DNA from: Podarcis cretensis
Taxonomy: Eukaryota
Assembly (NCBI GenBank): GCA_951804945.1
Contig: OX638160.1
Span: 31,496,001-31,560,000, forward strand
Direction: 5' to 3'
DNA: 64,000 nt
The position numbers were made by a program, and so were the translations under genes. Numbering within the stretch: position 1 is the stretch's first letter; each line of letters opens with the position of its first letter. The notes under the pieces were generated by a model. It was not told the origin of the DNA. It did no database searches and saw only the letters and a program-made list of their open reading frames with translations. This document shows positions 24,391 through 38,199 of this stretch, in pieces.

Positions 24391-25321
24391 TAGAGGGGGA
24401 AAGAGGGGGGTGTATATAGTTGGAAGCTGTAATAACTCACTCTGTATGAACCTGCTGCCTTGAATGTGTGTGCAAATCATCTTCTGAAGTGTAGCTGCTG
24501 TAGCTGCTTATGGGAATAACATAGAGATCTAACCTTCTCTAGCTTATTGCACAATAAACGGTTCCTCAGAGAGCACTGCTTTAGACTGCAGGCTGAAGGA
24601 TGCATAACGGAATACTTTCCTGCTACTATTGAATAATTCCTCTGCACACAGAAAACTAGCAGGTCAGGAACAAAGTGAGGCTAAAACCTTTCTACCTGTC
24701 ACCCAGTCTTATACATCTAGGGAACTTATAATACAGAAAAGCATTCAAAAATGAAAACTTCCATCTACTTAAGTGGTACATTCCATGCAAGGTTTTCTAT
24801 ATGATGAGTTGATGGTGGGTGGTTGTTCCTGTCTTTATTTTTAAAAAGAGCCTCTTAAAACTGGATAATTTATCATTTCTATAGGCAACCTTCTGTTGGC
24901 ATGGACAACCAAATGAGTACACACTGAGGGGTGCGAAGAACATAACAGAATAAATGTAATTAAGTCTGATCTATTCGTTCCAAAAATAACAGTAACAGGA
25001 AAATGTGGTAGTTTTGAAACATCTTTGTGCTTTATATTTTACTATCCTGTCTGATTCTGAGGATAAGCAAACTAATGTGGAAGTGATAGTATTTTGCTGC
25101 ACAGTGGGTCTGCAAGCTTGGTAGATGTATAAAGCTCTTTACATGCGAGGAGGAGATAAAAAGGATTTGGCAGATTATGAATTAACCTCAGATGTAGAAT
25201 AACTCAAAAATATTACTTATGAAAAGCTTTTTATTTTAATCACAAGCAAAGACAATGCTGATGCATACTGTATGCAACTGATTTAAAGCTTAAAGCCCTG
25301 AAGTATTAATGTGGAGTAATG

Positions 25322-25460
25322 CAGGGGTGGTCCTTCCAGATGTGCCTATACCAGATGGGCTACAATTCCCATTGGCCCCACCAGGCATGGCCGGTAATCA
25401 GGAATGATGGGAATTGTAGTCCAGCAATGTCCAAAGGTGGCCACACATTAGCCACCCCTG
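25322..25460. mobile_element. Palindromic hAT MITE (URR1-like)
   Basis: caggggtgg...ctacaattcccat...gatgggaattgtagtcc...ccacccctg. Confidence 0.7.
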
Positions 25461-25639
25461 GAGAAAAGGAAGTAACCCAAACTACCTTCCATAGCTTATC
25501 TAGTAATACATCCCATTGAATTCTGTGCTTCTGAACAGACATACATAGAACTGGGCTGAATGCAATTCACAGTCAGAAATAGGAAACTAACATTGGCATA
25601 AGTCCTATGTAGATATAACTGCCATTTACAGAAGAAGAT

Positions 25640-25898
25640 TTTATTATTTATACCCTGCCCATCTGGCTAGGTTTCTCCAGCTACTTTGGGTGGCTTCCAG
25701 CATATATATAAACATAACAAAACATCAGACATTTAAAACTTCCCAATACAGGGATGTCTTCAGATGTCTTCTAAAAGTTGTGCACTTCTTCATCTCCTTG
25801 ACATCTGATGGGAGGGTATTCCACAAGGAGGGTGCCACTGCTGAGAAGGCCCTCTGCCTGATTCCCTGTGACCTCCTGTCTTGCAGTGAAGGAACTGC
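25640..25898 (-). mobile_element. L2-clade LINE 3' fragment
   Basis: Reverse complement aligns with 11563-11830 (gcagttcc...caggcagagggccttctc...tgtggaa.accctc.catca.atgtcaagga). Confidence 0.85.
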
Positions 25899-28800
25899 TT
25901 CTCACACCAATCTTGAGTTCTCACACACTCACAGTATCTCTGTGCCATGAGAAGCACCTGAGCTACAGCAGTCTCAACATCTTGATAGTAATGATGTTCT
26001 GATGTAGAAAGAGCAGCATATAGGCACCGTCATACAGTTAGCTTGATAAAAATGGCATTCCCTTGCTATTTAACATTTGACCAACAAAGTGTGGTGTGTT
26101 GCTGAGCAATTTCCTACCTGCTGTTTTTACCAATTAATTTGTCACTAAAATACTACTCTGGATACATGGAATTTGGGTATCATTCATTATTCTGGTGTTA
26201 CCTAGGTATTTAATCAACAAGTAAGTGTTTGACCCACCCCTTCTCTCCAGGGAAAGGACAGAAAAACACAAAAGGGCACAATACTGTATCAGGATTCTTT
26301 AATAGGCACAGTTGACTCCTGCCCAGGCAACCAGAGGGCTGGGATATGTGGTAGGGTTAATGACTCAGCTACAGAAGCATGTCAGGGAGCCTGGTTTGAT
26401 AAGGAGGAACCCCTGTCTCAAAAATCCACTCCAGTTTTTCCCCACAAGTGTATTTTGGTTCCTGTAATTCAAGCTCCCTTCAGACTACAAGGGGCCATTC
26501 CTGCATTCCTACTTGCCAAGACTGTCTTAACCCCTGGCATGTTGGCAACAGCTTTTGTGGCAGTCTGCTCCTAACCATAATAGACCAGAGAATGTCAGGT
26601 GATACTCTCACACTGACATATATATAAGCCTTCAGGTTAGGTACCCTTGCAATTTCTGTGAGATGAGTTGGCCTGACTGCTCCTGCTTATGTTTTTTGTT
26701 TTTGTCAATGAGTGAAGTCAAGCGCTGTGATGAATGAGTATCCAGAGGAAATGAATCCCCGGGGTCCTAAAGAGCTCAGGTTTGCCCCTCCTTTTTAGTA
26801 CACCTTTCCTGCTTCCATCTCATTTTCTAGTTCTTGGAATATTCACACACTGTCCTTCCTGTTTCCCCCCAAGCAATCAGGTTGCATCTTTCCTGTGGTG
26901 GGCTTGGCTGAGATCTGGTTCTTCCTAGAAGTTCCTAGAAGTTCTCTTCTGCAAATACTACTGCATAATAAGCGTGGGTGGACATTAAAGAGTAGTGTAC
27001 ATACCCTTTCACATAGCAAATGCAAAATGTGGAAACTGTGTGAAGGGGCTTAGGCATATGTTCTAAAGTGCTGGAGCTAAAGGCCAGGCACTCAAATGGC
27101 TTATTTAACTTACAATACAATGGTTTACATGTCTACTCAAAAGTAAGTCTTTGCATTTAATGGGGCTCACTCCCAGGTTAAGTGGGTACAGGATTGCAGC
27201 CTAGGCTTTGGTTTAAGATTGGAATTGGAGCAAATCAGGATTCTTATACCTTTAACAGCTGTTTGACAAGCAGAAATTCAACAGGTTTGGGCAGAAATGC
27301 ACATTATCTATTAAACCATTTATTACATGTGTGGCCACTGATTTATTGGCAGGCCCTCCACTCCACCTGCAAAAGAGGACGCAAATTTGCATGACAAAAA
27401 ACAAATGCAAACTTTATGTAAATCTGTGCCCTCTTTTGCAAGTGAGACAGAAGGTCCAATCCACATATAGTGTACTGGACCAAAAAATTATTTTGGCACA
27501 CCTGCCCTGGACAACCACTAACCCAGACACAACACTTGTTCCCTGCAAAATATAATATTATCCTGGCTGCTTCTGTCATACACTGAAATTACACAGACCC
27601 AGTGAAGGCACTGATTTATAAACAGAAATGATCAATGTGACATGCACAATACATTAAAGAATGCAGTATTGTATTGTGGAAAAACAAGTCATTGTAAACA
27701 GAACACAGTTGTACTTGTTGAGAAAATCATATATTGTTTAGGGTGTAAAAAACCCCCACACAACTTCTAGCACTAAAGAGCCCTCCTAATTTATTCAGCA
27801 AATAATCCTAGACTGTAAAAACTAGCCAAGTGAGTCAGGAGGGGTGATAGAAATAATGTGTTTTCTTGAGCGTTGAGGTTGCTATAGAGATTACACCAAT
27901 TATAGAAATTAACAGTGCAATTTCTCTATAAGAAAATGAAAAAGAAAAAATAAAGGAAATGAAATGAGTAATATAGGCTTTCCCTTCCACTGCAGAAACA
28001 GAAAGGGATATTGGGCCAATTAGGGTGCAATTAACAGCCTATTCAGCACTAATCCCCCAGCCACAAACAAAAGGAAGCAACAGAATGGAAGACATGAAAA
28101 CAGGAACCTTTTAATCAAGACACAGGAACCCTGAAAAGCCTCGATAGCACTTTGCCTGTTCATGCTTAACAAGCCTGGTGCTGCAGTTGTGGCTTACTGC
28201 AATAAAATCACAACAAATCAGGTGGGGGGGGCATGGCAGGGCACCACAGAAAACACTAGACCACCACAATCTGACAACTTTGCCTAGGTTGAGTTGTCAA
28301 AGGATGGTGATTTCAGAGACTGGGACAGAAGCACAGTTAGACCGAGCAACACCAGCAGAAGTTTAGATATTCATGAATCTTAACATTCAGAGAGAATTGT
28401 ATTTCGTATCCTCACCGGGAGATGGATTGTGAAACTGTAATGTTCTAAGACTGGAAAAGAATAGGGACAGTGGTTGTTGTAGAGGTCAAAGCATGTAGGA
28501 TTAAAAATATGATGGAAAATATGCTGCTTTTTTGTGCACAGAAAAAAATGTCTTCTGGAGATACAAGAAAAAGCCATAAGGGCTGCAGGCTTTTTTGAAG
28601 TGTGGAAAAAGCCAGATCAAAGAATACACTGCAGTCTCTGGTCATTGAACAGGTCATGTGACAGAACGAAGCACTGGCATTGGCACTGAAAATATCCATG
28701 AAGCACTTCATCAGTAGAGCAAGGGGCAATATGCAAAGCACATAAATAGTGTAGAAGAATATATCTCACCTCACAATATACTCTTATGACACATGCCAAC

Positions 28801-31800
28801 TACATCCCAAATACTAAATTTAAGCCAATAAATTTTCAGCTTAGAAATCCAGGTTTTTCATTCTTCTGTGAGTCCACAGGCAGGGACTATCAATACATAC
28901 ATACCCCCCCACCCCCAAAGATATTCCAGCAAGGGAAAGGTATCATTGTACAAAGGAGAACAGATTTATATTAATGACATGAGTTCGCTGCCAGAACACA
29001 ACAAAATGCAGTTGGCCCACAGCTTACACAGGCATTCATTTCCAAGGATAATATGTATAAGCGAAAACTGAGTATAGCCAATATCACATTACCCTTAGAA
29101 CTGCCCCATTGCTAGACAATTTCTCTTCTATAAGGTGGCCAGTGAGGGGGGGGGAGAGAGAGAGAACATTCCTACCAGTCCCAGAAGCAAAAACAGCTCT
29201 TTTCGCACAGGGTCTACTTGGGGTTAACTGCTGTGACAAGAGCTTTTCAGCTCTCAGTCTTGTTTTCTTGGGCAAGGCCTGCCCGGTCCTCTGGCCCTGG
29301 GAGTGTTAAGGATGCTCTCACAAGATTTCACAAGCCAACTTCCTGAGAGATCTCACAAGAGCACTCCCACCTTCCCATGTGTAATACAAATCGTGCAAGT
29401 TAAATGCTCGTAAAATGAGGACAATGCCGTATTTCACTTTGTATGCATGGGGGGGGGGAATAATGCAGCGATTCTAAGAGCCTTGTGTAAGTTTGGCTTT
29501 ATTCTAATCCACAAATAACTACATAAGGAATTTGAGAGCACATTGCTTTTCTCTTCTGATGAGCTGAGATGATAGTAATATTCATAATCAGACTCAGCAA
29601 GAATAAGGGTCGCTTTGACTAACCTTTGAAAGCAAGCGTGAAAATTCTTTCCAATCCATTGTAAGAATATTACCGAGGAGATTATTTGTTCACTTCACAA
29701 TCTATAAGGAATATTAACACAGCCAGGAGCACTCTGCCCTGACATACAAGTTTTGTATGTGCTGGCACTATTTTATGCACTGGAGCATTCCAACAATTGA
29801 TCCCCTGCTTGCAGCTTGAAATGTTACAGACCAGCAACCTACGGAATGCATGGAGCCTTAAGCCTGGTCTAAACAACTTGAAAACACACACCATAAAAAT
29901 GGGGCATGTAATTTATGGGGATGGAGTTTCTCATGACTGAATTCTCCCCATACTGAAATTCTACACAGAGAGAAGCAGATATCAACGAGAAAGAATGCAG
30001 CCTAGACATATTCCTAACAAAATGCTAATTATGTTCAGTGACTCCGGACTCAGCTATATAGCTGCAAATAAAATGTTTTAAGTGTGTTTTAAGTGCAATA
30101 CAAATGTGACACTGGATGGAGATGGTGAGCCTTATGGAAAAGTCAATGTATTTTTTAAAATGCTTTTTTAAAAAGCATTTTCAGAGAGGTTTTTATATTT
30201 GTCTAGAGTCCACCTGTCTGTAAGAAACTTTTTAAAGAAACATGGGGGTGGTAAACAACTATGTTATACTCAGAGTAGACCCAGTGAAATTAATGCACCT
30301 AAATTAGTCACATTCATTAATTTAAATGGATCTACTCTGAGCAAGATTGGATACAACCAATGACATTCCACTTGACAAGCTGGACCAGGTCTTTTATTTT
30401 TGGTTCTGCAGAGGAGATTCTTCAGCAATGTTCCATTTTTGGATATCTCAGGCATTCTTTTCTTAATTTCAGTTTCCTTACGTGGACTCTAATTGAAACT
30501 GACATCTCCTAATCTAGTAACGACCTCATCAAACTACCTTCAAAACAGAAATGCAGTCCCTCATCTGCTATGTATCTTTCTAGAGAAATGTAAAAGCCAG
30601 TTGCAAAATGTTGTCCCAGCATTCTGTTACACCTAGGAGTGGCAAAGGAAGACTGCTTGTTGTCTAAACCTGGAAAATCATGGGTGTGAAGTTTGGGGCT
30701 GTATGCCAGTGTACAGTTCTTTCCTGTTCCTTTAAATGGGCAAATTATGGAGGAACAGAAGCATACATTTGCAGAAAGCAATGTTGTCCATTGAGGTTCA
30801 TTGTTGCGTCACAACACGCCTACTGGTGTGAATGAAATTTAGTGCAACATACCGGTATATTGATCAGAAAGTCACCGTTCCGTAACACAACAGGTACTGC
30901 AGTGTGAAAGGAACATTAGAAAATAGGATAGAAGCACTAGCATTATAACCCGGAAAAGCTAACATGATATTCCCCATATCTGAATGTACCCCAGGACTGT
31001 TTAAAGTGGTGTAATATTGCTCTGAATGTAAAGTGCATCATAGATGAAGTTGCTAAATCCATTCAGCACGGTTATGCATACTTAATTTCAAAGTGAGAAA
31101 TAAGTGCTAGAGAAGATATATAGCCATTCAATAGGAAACATAATCATTGATTGCCATTGACACAGCAGGAAAATGCATACGGCATGGTGCTGTGATTAAT
31201 AAGCCCTGTCCACACTCAATTAGGATCAAGAGGTGAATGTGACAAATGTGAAACCAAGTCGAACTGCTCTTATTGGCTAAAGCAGCTTCTCATACAGTGC
31301 AGCACAATGGATACTTTATGGGCACTAATTTATCAATTTTGATTGGATACAGATGGTTGGGTTTTTTTTAACTCCACAGAAAAACTGAATCAAGGAAAAA
31401 CAAATCCAACAGTGTCATTTTGACAATTGTACCCTTTCGTCTGAGGGAAGAACTCAAGAAGTCAGCTACAAAATAAGCGAAGACCCCTTTGCTTGCCAGT
31501 CTCTACCGCAGCGCAGAAGGTAGCATTTTGCTAACCAAAGACAAAACAAGAAGGCTGTTCCTTTAAGAAAAGAAGGCAAAAGCTAGTGTGGTGGTCATTT
31601 AGAGGACGTTTCTTTGGCTACTTCTCAAGGTATTAGAAATGTAACTCTGCGTTTCAGTTCTCCTTCAGGCTAGAAGGTTAACTCATTCCCAGGAAAAACC
31701 ATAAGAGGTCAAGTCCTCCAAAATCAATATTGAATCGGGTTAAAGATAAGTTTCAGGAGAAACAAGTTCAATTAAAACAGTCCTCAACATGGATAATGAG

Positions 31801-33902
31801 TACAGAGGTAAGGATAGCCTGGGACAAAGAAACACAGGACCTCTTGCCAAAGAGATGAACTGAAGATCCCTATCAGCTTGAATTGCAGTGAAAAACCTTC
31901 ATCTAAACAAAATGCACCTACAAAAAAAAGAAAGAAAAAGAAAGGTCACCTTGCTGCAGACGTGTTCTTTGGTAGGAAGGAGCAAAAGCCATGAATATAT
32001 TCCCAGACATTTAAAAATAAACCTGGGAACAGTCTGATATCAGCAAGGAGGAAACATGTAATAATAATGTTACACTTGTTCTTCAATAGGTGCAATGACA
32101 TTTATATTTAGAGAAGGGACATAGCAGCAGGGATATTGCTCAGAAGCTAGTCTATTAGAGGTATTCAGCTTTTGACTGAGAGACAGGGTCAGTTCCGGGT
32201 CAGCAACAAGAAGCTCCTAGGCTGAATTTGCACCTGAGGGATGCAGATAGACCCCTCCGCTGCCAATAAATATGCAGAAGGGGTGTCGAAGAAGTAAGGT
32301 ATTTGCACCAGGTAGTGCTCAGACATTGTGAGAGTCAGCAACTAGAAGTCAAGAGCTTGTTGGCAGATCATTTGGGGTAGGGGAGGTGCTGCTGCCCCAC
32401 AACTCCTTGCTGAATTCTCAACGTGGTTCTTTAGAAAATCTAGCCACTATCCAGGTAAATAAAATGACATGTCCATGGACCACAATGATTTGCAGCTAAA
32501 TTGGTCAGAAAGCAAAGTCTGGCAGCAAGGAACTGCCCTAGGGAAAATGACCAGAACTCTCCTAAGAATCTCACAGAATCTTCTTCCCAGCTGGTGGAAC
32601 AAAGAGGAAGTGAATGACAGAGAAACCAGAGCAGGAAGAGACTGGCTAAGGTAAATGGGTGGGAGGTGGAGGAGCAGGAGAAAGCTGCTGAGGAGGGAGG
32701 GATGAGAGGAGGAAGGAGGAGGAAAAGTAGGGGGGGTGTGAGGGAAGAGGCTCTGCTTTCCCTGTTCTTGAGCCACGCACTAGTTGTGAAATTTCACAGA
32801 CGCAGCTTGCACTATATTAAAGTACAACAGCCTGACTCGGCATACTTAAGGAATTCCTCTTCCCATCCAAGGCCACCCATTCTGTAGAGCCTTAGGGTTT
32901 GTGAGATGACAGGGACAGAGAGAAACAATAGCTTCTCCATTATGGAATCTACTTCCGTATGAGACCCACCACAGCCCATTTCTGAAAGTATCTCATAAAT
33001 GCTGGTAGGTTTTTTTGTTGTTTTTCCCCCTTTCAGCTGATATATAAGAGCTGAGCTCTAACAATGTACTGCTTCACAGATTTACGGGCCTTGCAGTTTA
33101 GCATATGTTGTATTTTATTGGATTTAATTGTAATTAGCATTTCAATGTGAACAGCCTAGGTGGTGGTGGCGTTTTTTGAAGAAGAAAAAACAGAGAAGAG
33201 GATTTTAGGAAATAAATCAATAATGTATACTCCACAAGTTCATTTTATACCCCCTCCCCCACTGTTTCGCTGTTGTTTTTGTTGGTGGTGTTGTGCGGGG
33301 ACTAAATAATAAATCTCAGAATTCACCCCATCAAGTCTACTTTTAAAAGCTTGTGCCAACACAGAAATAAAAGTGACTTAATGCCAGCTGCCAGATTTTT
33401 TGAGTGCTTTGCAAGATGCCGCTGCTCTCAGCAACAGAAAAAAATGTTTCAAAATATTAGCAAATTCTCCATACCCGTATCGGTTAAGAAAACAATTACC
33501 GGTACGTGTCACATCACAAAATGAGCTGCGAAAAGTGCTAGATGTAACAAAGCTGCTTTTGGATCTTAAGATACAAAAATAGTCAAATCAAAGAATAAAC
33601 AGACTGGCATCTGAGTCATGGTATTATGCACACGTTCTTATAAGCAAGTGTTATGTACCTGTATATGCTCAGCTGTTTTCAACATGTTAGCAAGACTTCT
33701 GAGCAGTAGATCATTCTGAATCTGTGTCTAATCAAGCACTTGATTTTCTTCTTTGTCTTCCAATATACCATGCTTATTCATGGGATATGGCAGCTTTATG
33801 CTGCTAACGAGATTAAGTATTTTTAGCCTAGATTCCAAGAAGTAGAATGGTGGTACAGACTGATCTTCTTCCGAAAGAAAGTGATAGAAACAGTTCAAAA
33901 TA

Positions 33903-34091
33903 CTGTATTTTTTTGTCTATAAGACATGTATAAGACTACTGTATAATACGCCCCATGTATCTCCCCCTATTTTGGGGGACTCCAATTTAAGAAAAAATCG
34001 TGTATTTTACTATCCATGTATAAGAGATGCCCCCAAATTTTTGACATTATTTTTTAGGAAAAAACCCAGTCTTATACACGGAAAAATACGG
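33903..34091. mobile_element. Tc1/mariner-pogo-type MITE
   Basis: TIR ctgtatttttttgtctataagac / gtcttatacacggaaaaatacgg; TA on both flanks. Confidence 0.8.
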
Positions 34092-35624
34092 TAGCTTTCT
34101 CTCTCCTGTATTGGGTTCATAAGCAAAGTTCTCTCACAATAAATCTTTATCAATGATAAAGAGTGTTTTAACTAAACTAAAAACATGGTCTCTGGATATG
34201 ATAGATAGCACTGGATGCATCTATTCTTCCTAGCATAAAACATCAACCAAAGAGATTGCCTTAGTGAAAGCAGAATCATTTACGCAAATTAGTGTTCGAT
34301 TTCAAAACAGATGAGAGTGTTACTTGCCTTTCATTTTCACCATAATGAAAGGGGCAATATAACTAGACCTTATGGGAGGACAGCTCGGGCAATGATTCCA
34401 TTATTCCCCTGATGGCCTTTAAGACCTTGGTTTCAGTTGCCAACCCAGCTGCACTAAAAGACTCTTTTATTGGGAATGGTGTCAGAAAATGTACATAATT
34501 TCTCTGGTGAAAAAACAAAGCAAAACACTAGGCATTTGGTATTATTTGAATGGTTTGCTACAGGCTCCCTCTAAGACCATCTACACCTCTACTATTAGAT
34601 GCCACTTCCAAATATAGAAACTTGTGCAAAGTTCAGGCTTATGCAAAAATACAAATAAAAAAATACAAATAAAAAAAATACAAATACAAATGGATCTGAA
34701 TAGAAAGTTGGCAGCTCCATTAAGAAATGAATTAAATAATGCAAAGAAGAGCCTTGACATATATTGTGTCTGCCAGGAAATGAACATTCTTTTCCTCTTT
34801 ATTGCTTTTCTTCCTATCCCATTTTCCTTTTGAAGTGTCTCTTCTCATTATGTTTCCTGATTGCAACCTCTTATTACTGTAGTTCTATTTATGGCTTATA
34901 AATAAAGGAATGCTTCCAGTGAAGCACTTTTGAAGGATATTGACCCAAGTAAGGAGCTTGAATGACTCATATTCCTCAGACATGCTCCTCCAGACAGGGT
35001 ATGGGCAGAGATTGGTGTGATTTGTAGAATGGATGGGACTTAGATATAAGCAAACAAAAAAAGCCAGTGCAATATCTAAAGCTGGAGTCCTGCTCTCTCC
35101 ACAAAAAGAAGAGCTTGACTGCAACAACTGCATGCATTTAAGTAAGTCCCACTGGAACCAATAGGGCTTTGGCACCTCATGTTGTGACATGGCTCATAAA
35201 CATATCTTTATCATTCCAAGCACAATGAGAAATAAAAGACGTAGCATGTGAAAATAATTATATCATTCAGTTGCCACATATCCAAACAGCACACAGTAAG
35301 GACTAATTACACATTACTTACAAATGGGTGTAACAAGAACCCATACCCCACTTATTTAAGAATGAGAGCATGTACAGGAGAGGGAAATTTAGAATGGAGA
35401 AGCAACTGGGCAGAGTGGATGCTTAATCCTTTCCAATCCATCATTCCATTCCATTCCAAATCCTTCCCAATGGCATTCTTCCCAACAGGGATAAAGCAGC
35501 ACTCAGCAGTTTTGGCCAGGTGTGTAAACAGAGTCTGAATGTTGTTTGGTGGAACCAGCAGAAGAGTCCAGTGTAAAATACGTCTATTTGCCTTGGGCGT
35601 ACAGCAGGCCTGGGGATCCCACAG

Positions 35625-35728
35625 CCATATGTTTTTGGACTCCCAATTCCCATCCAACCCAGCATAATCAACAGTCAGGGATGATGGGAGTATAGTCCAA
35701 TAAGATCTGGAGGGCCACAGGTTCCCCA
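35625..35728. mobile_element. Palindromic hAT MITE (URR1-like), partial
   Basis: tttttggactcccaattcccatc...gggatgatgggagtatagtccaa...tctggagggccacaggttcccca. Confidence 0.65.
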
Positions 35729-36764
35729 TACAACAAAGAAAGAAAAAATAGGTGAAGACATGACCGCCTAACTACAACAAAAGCTAACCAAACTTTCCCC
35801 CATCTCATTTGTAGTAAAGATCAGGTCAAGGTTTGGTGTGATTTCAAATAATTCATGGACATCCTGGGAATCATATAAAGTCCCCTGCCAATATAGAAAA
35901 TCTGCTGCTACAGCATCCCTGATCAGTGACAATCCAAAAGTGTTACATTGAAAGAGTTACACTGAGTCTGCGGATATCTCCCTCTTGTTGGTGTGGTTTT
36001 GGCTACATTATCAAAGGCACTTGGAACAGGTATTTGTAAACAGATGAGCCAATAGAACCCCCATATGTTCAGAGGCAGTAGGTCACAAAACACCAGTTTC
36101 TGGGGAATAAAAATAGGAGAGGACTATTGCTTTCAAGCTGGATTACCCAGAACTAGAAAAGCCTTCAGCATGTGCTTCCAGGAAGCAGTGATGAACACAG
36201 AGTATCATTAAGCACAGTCAGCATATGGATAGGAAGTAAGAGTTATTTTAATTGTTTATCTATTTTATTATATATATATATATACAGATACTGTTGCAAT
36301 CTGCTTTGTTATTGTTATTTTTTTATGATATAGCAGTATCATTTTTTTATTTTGTAAATAAATAAAACAAGGCTAAGAAGAGAGAACAGAAGACCAAATA
36401 TTGGCAAATGGTTGACTGGCTAGACAGAGAAGGCAGGAAGCCTGAAGCCGTAAAGTCAGAGTCACCCCTAAATCCTCTGAGCTCTCCCCATGCTTGTGAA
36501 CTGGACTTCTGCAATGGACTTCTGCCTGTTCTACTCACCCTGGCTCCTTATGGGATTTAGAATCCATCATGATCAGGGTTCTAAATTGTGCAGGAAGCCA
36601 ACACGAGAAGAATAAATTCCCCATTGGGCGAGTTCATACCAAACACAAAGAGAATTGACTGGGTAAGCCACTGGGAACAGGACAGAGGGAAACAAGGCCA
36701 CCAACACACACCCTTGTTCTCCCCCTTGCACAGCTGGAAACAAGCAATGGGGGAATAACCAAGT

Positions 36765-36850
36765 AGTGCTCATGTCTACTTTTAATTTTCTCTTCTCTAG
36801 GCTAAACATACTCACAGCTGTTTCAACTATTCTGCATAAGATTTGGTTTC
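36765..36850 (-). mobile_element. CR1 ORF2 fragment
   Basis: Encodes MFSLEKRKLKVDM, similar to the CR1 LFSLEKRRLRGD motif. Confidence 0.55.
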
Positions 36851-37183
36851 CAAACTCCTGATGGGAGTTGTAGTCCAAAACCTCTGAAGAGCACCACATT
36901 GGCTAGCTTCAGTAATGGCATTGTTAACAGGAGCATCAGTCCTCCAGGCTCCAATATCACTTAGAATGGTGAAGCCAGATATTGAACGAGACAAAATATG
37001 GGCTGCACCATGTTACATTGACATATTGCTTGTTGTGCATACTGAAAGGTGGCTATCTGGCCCAATGTTTACTTTGATTCTAGTTTATGCTTACAAGCAC
37101 GATAAAACCGCAGGAAATCCTTTAAATGTTTTTCTTTTTCTTTTTTAATATAACTGTATCTTTGGATTGTGGCAAAGCAAGTA

Positions 37184-37231
37184 CAGGCATACCTTAGAGA
37201 TATTGCGGGTTTGGTTCCAGACCACTGCAAT
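37184..37231. mobile_element. Tigger1-like terminal fragment
   Basis: TA|caggcataccttagagatattgcgggtttggttccagaccactgcaat resembles the recalled Tigger1 terminus. Confidence 0.65.
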
Positions 37232-37521
37232 GTATATGCAGTGATGCCAGGAATAAGAGTAGTGACAGGTTTAATGCTGAAGTGATATTTGTCTCCTCAG
37301 GTCAGAGAGTGGCAAGCACTGTCTTTAGAAATCTCTTAGAGCATAGCTTCTGTGCTTAGATTATAATGTCATGCTAGATGCAACTGTCAAAATGGCTTTA
37401 TTTTATTGAGCCCTCTGGAATTCTGCTCAGCGCTCCCTATGAAGGAATATGCAATGATCATTTCGATATCTGTGTTGCTTAGCTGCACAGAACTTCTGTT
37501 GTTCTCTGGGATTCCCTAGAA

Positions 37522-37695
37522 CAGAGCTTTCCAAACTATGTGTCATGACACGTTTGTGTGTCAGCTGCAGTGTGTAGGTGTGTCATGCAAATGCTCCTCC
37601 CAGGGCTGGAAAGGGGTTAGTTTAACCTCCAGTTTGCTAGTGAAACTGAATTACTGCATCATGAAATGATGCATGTCTAAAAAAATGTATCACCA
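37522..37695. mobile_element. hAT-type MITE, one end only
   Basis: cagagctttccaaact terminus with tgtgtc subterminal repeats; no partner TIR found. Confidence 0.5.
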
Positions 37696-38199
37696 GCAAT
37701 GTGGACGCCCACTCAAAATTGTTTCTTGGGTTTCATGTACACACTGCTGCTGATTATAAAGAGAATAGAACATGTGGGGTTTTTAATCAACACCATTACG
37801 TACAAAATTTAATCTCCCACCTGCATGATGAAACAGATTTTAACTGATCCTATGCTGCTGCATGTTAAACATTGAATCAAATAGAGAGAGAGAGAAATAT
37901 CAAGCATTATTGCTTTGCTATTTTTCAAGAAGTTTCCTGAACATTAAGTGCATAACTGGTGACACAAAACTATCAAGAAGCACCCTATGATCAATTTAGA
38001 AACAAGTTCTAAAATTCATGAAATATTTCCAAGCTTACAAACATCTTTTACTAGTTCTCCATTAGGAAAAAACAAGAAAGGTATGCTATTTTAAAAACTG
38101 GGTGTCTGATGCATCTGGTAATGTTGGCAAAGCGGTCCTTATAACAACTTAATGTCTATAGAAGAATTTTTTGACCTATACTGCCTCTTTTATAACAAT

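Noticed and set aside
26190-26612. Possible solo LTRs here and near 29085-29390 and 32100-32930
   Set aside because: Only vague compositional hints; no TSD or second copy could be established.
30157-30181. 25-bp palindrome aaaatgcttttttaaaaagcatttt
   Set aside because: Short and AT-rich; expected from chance or local slippage.
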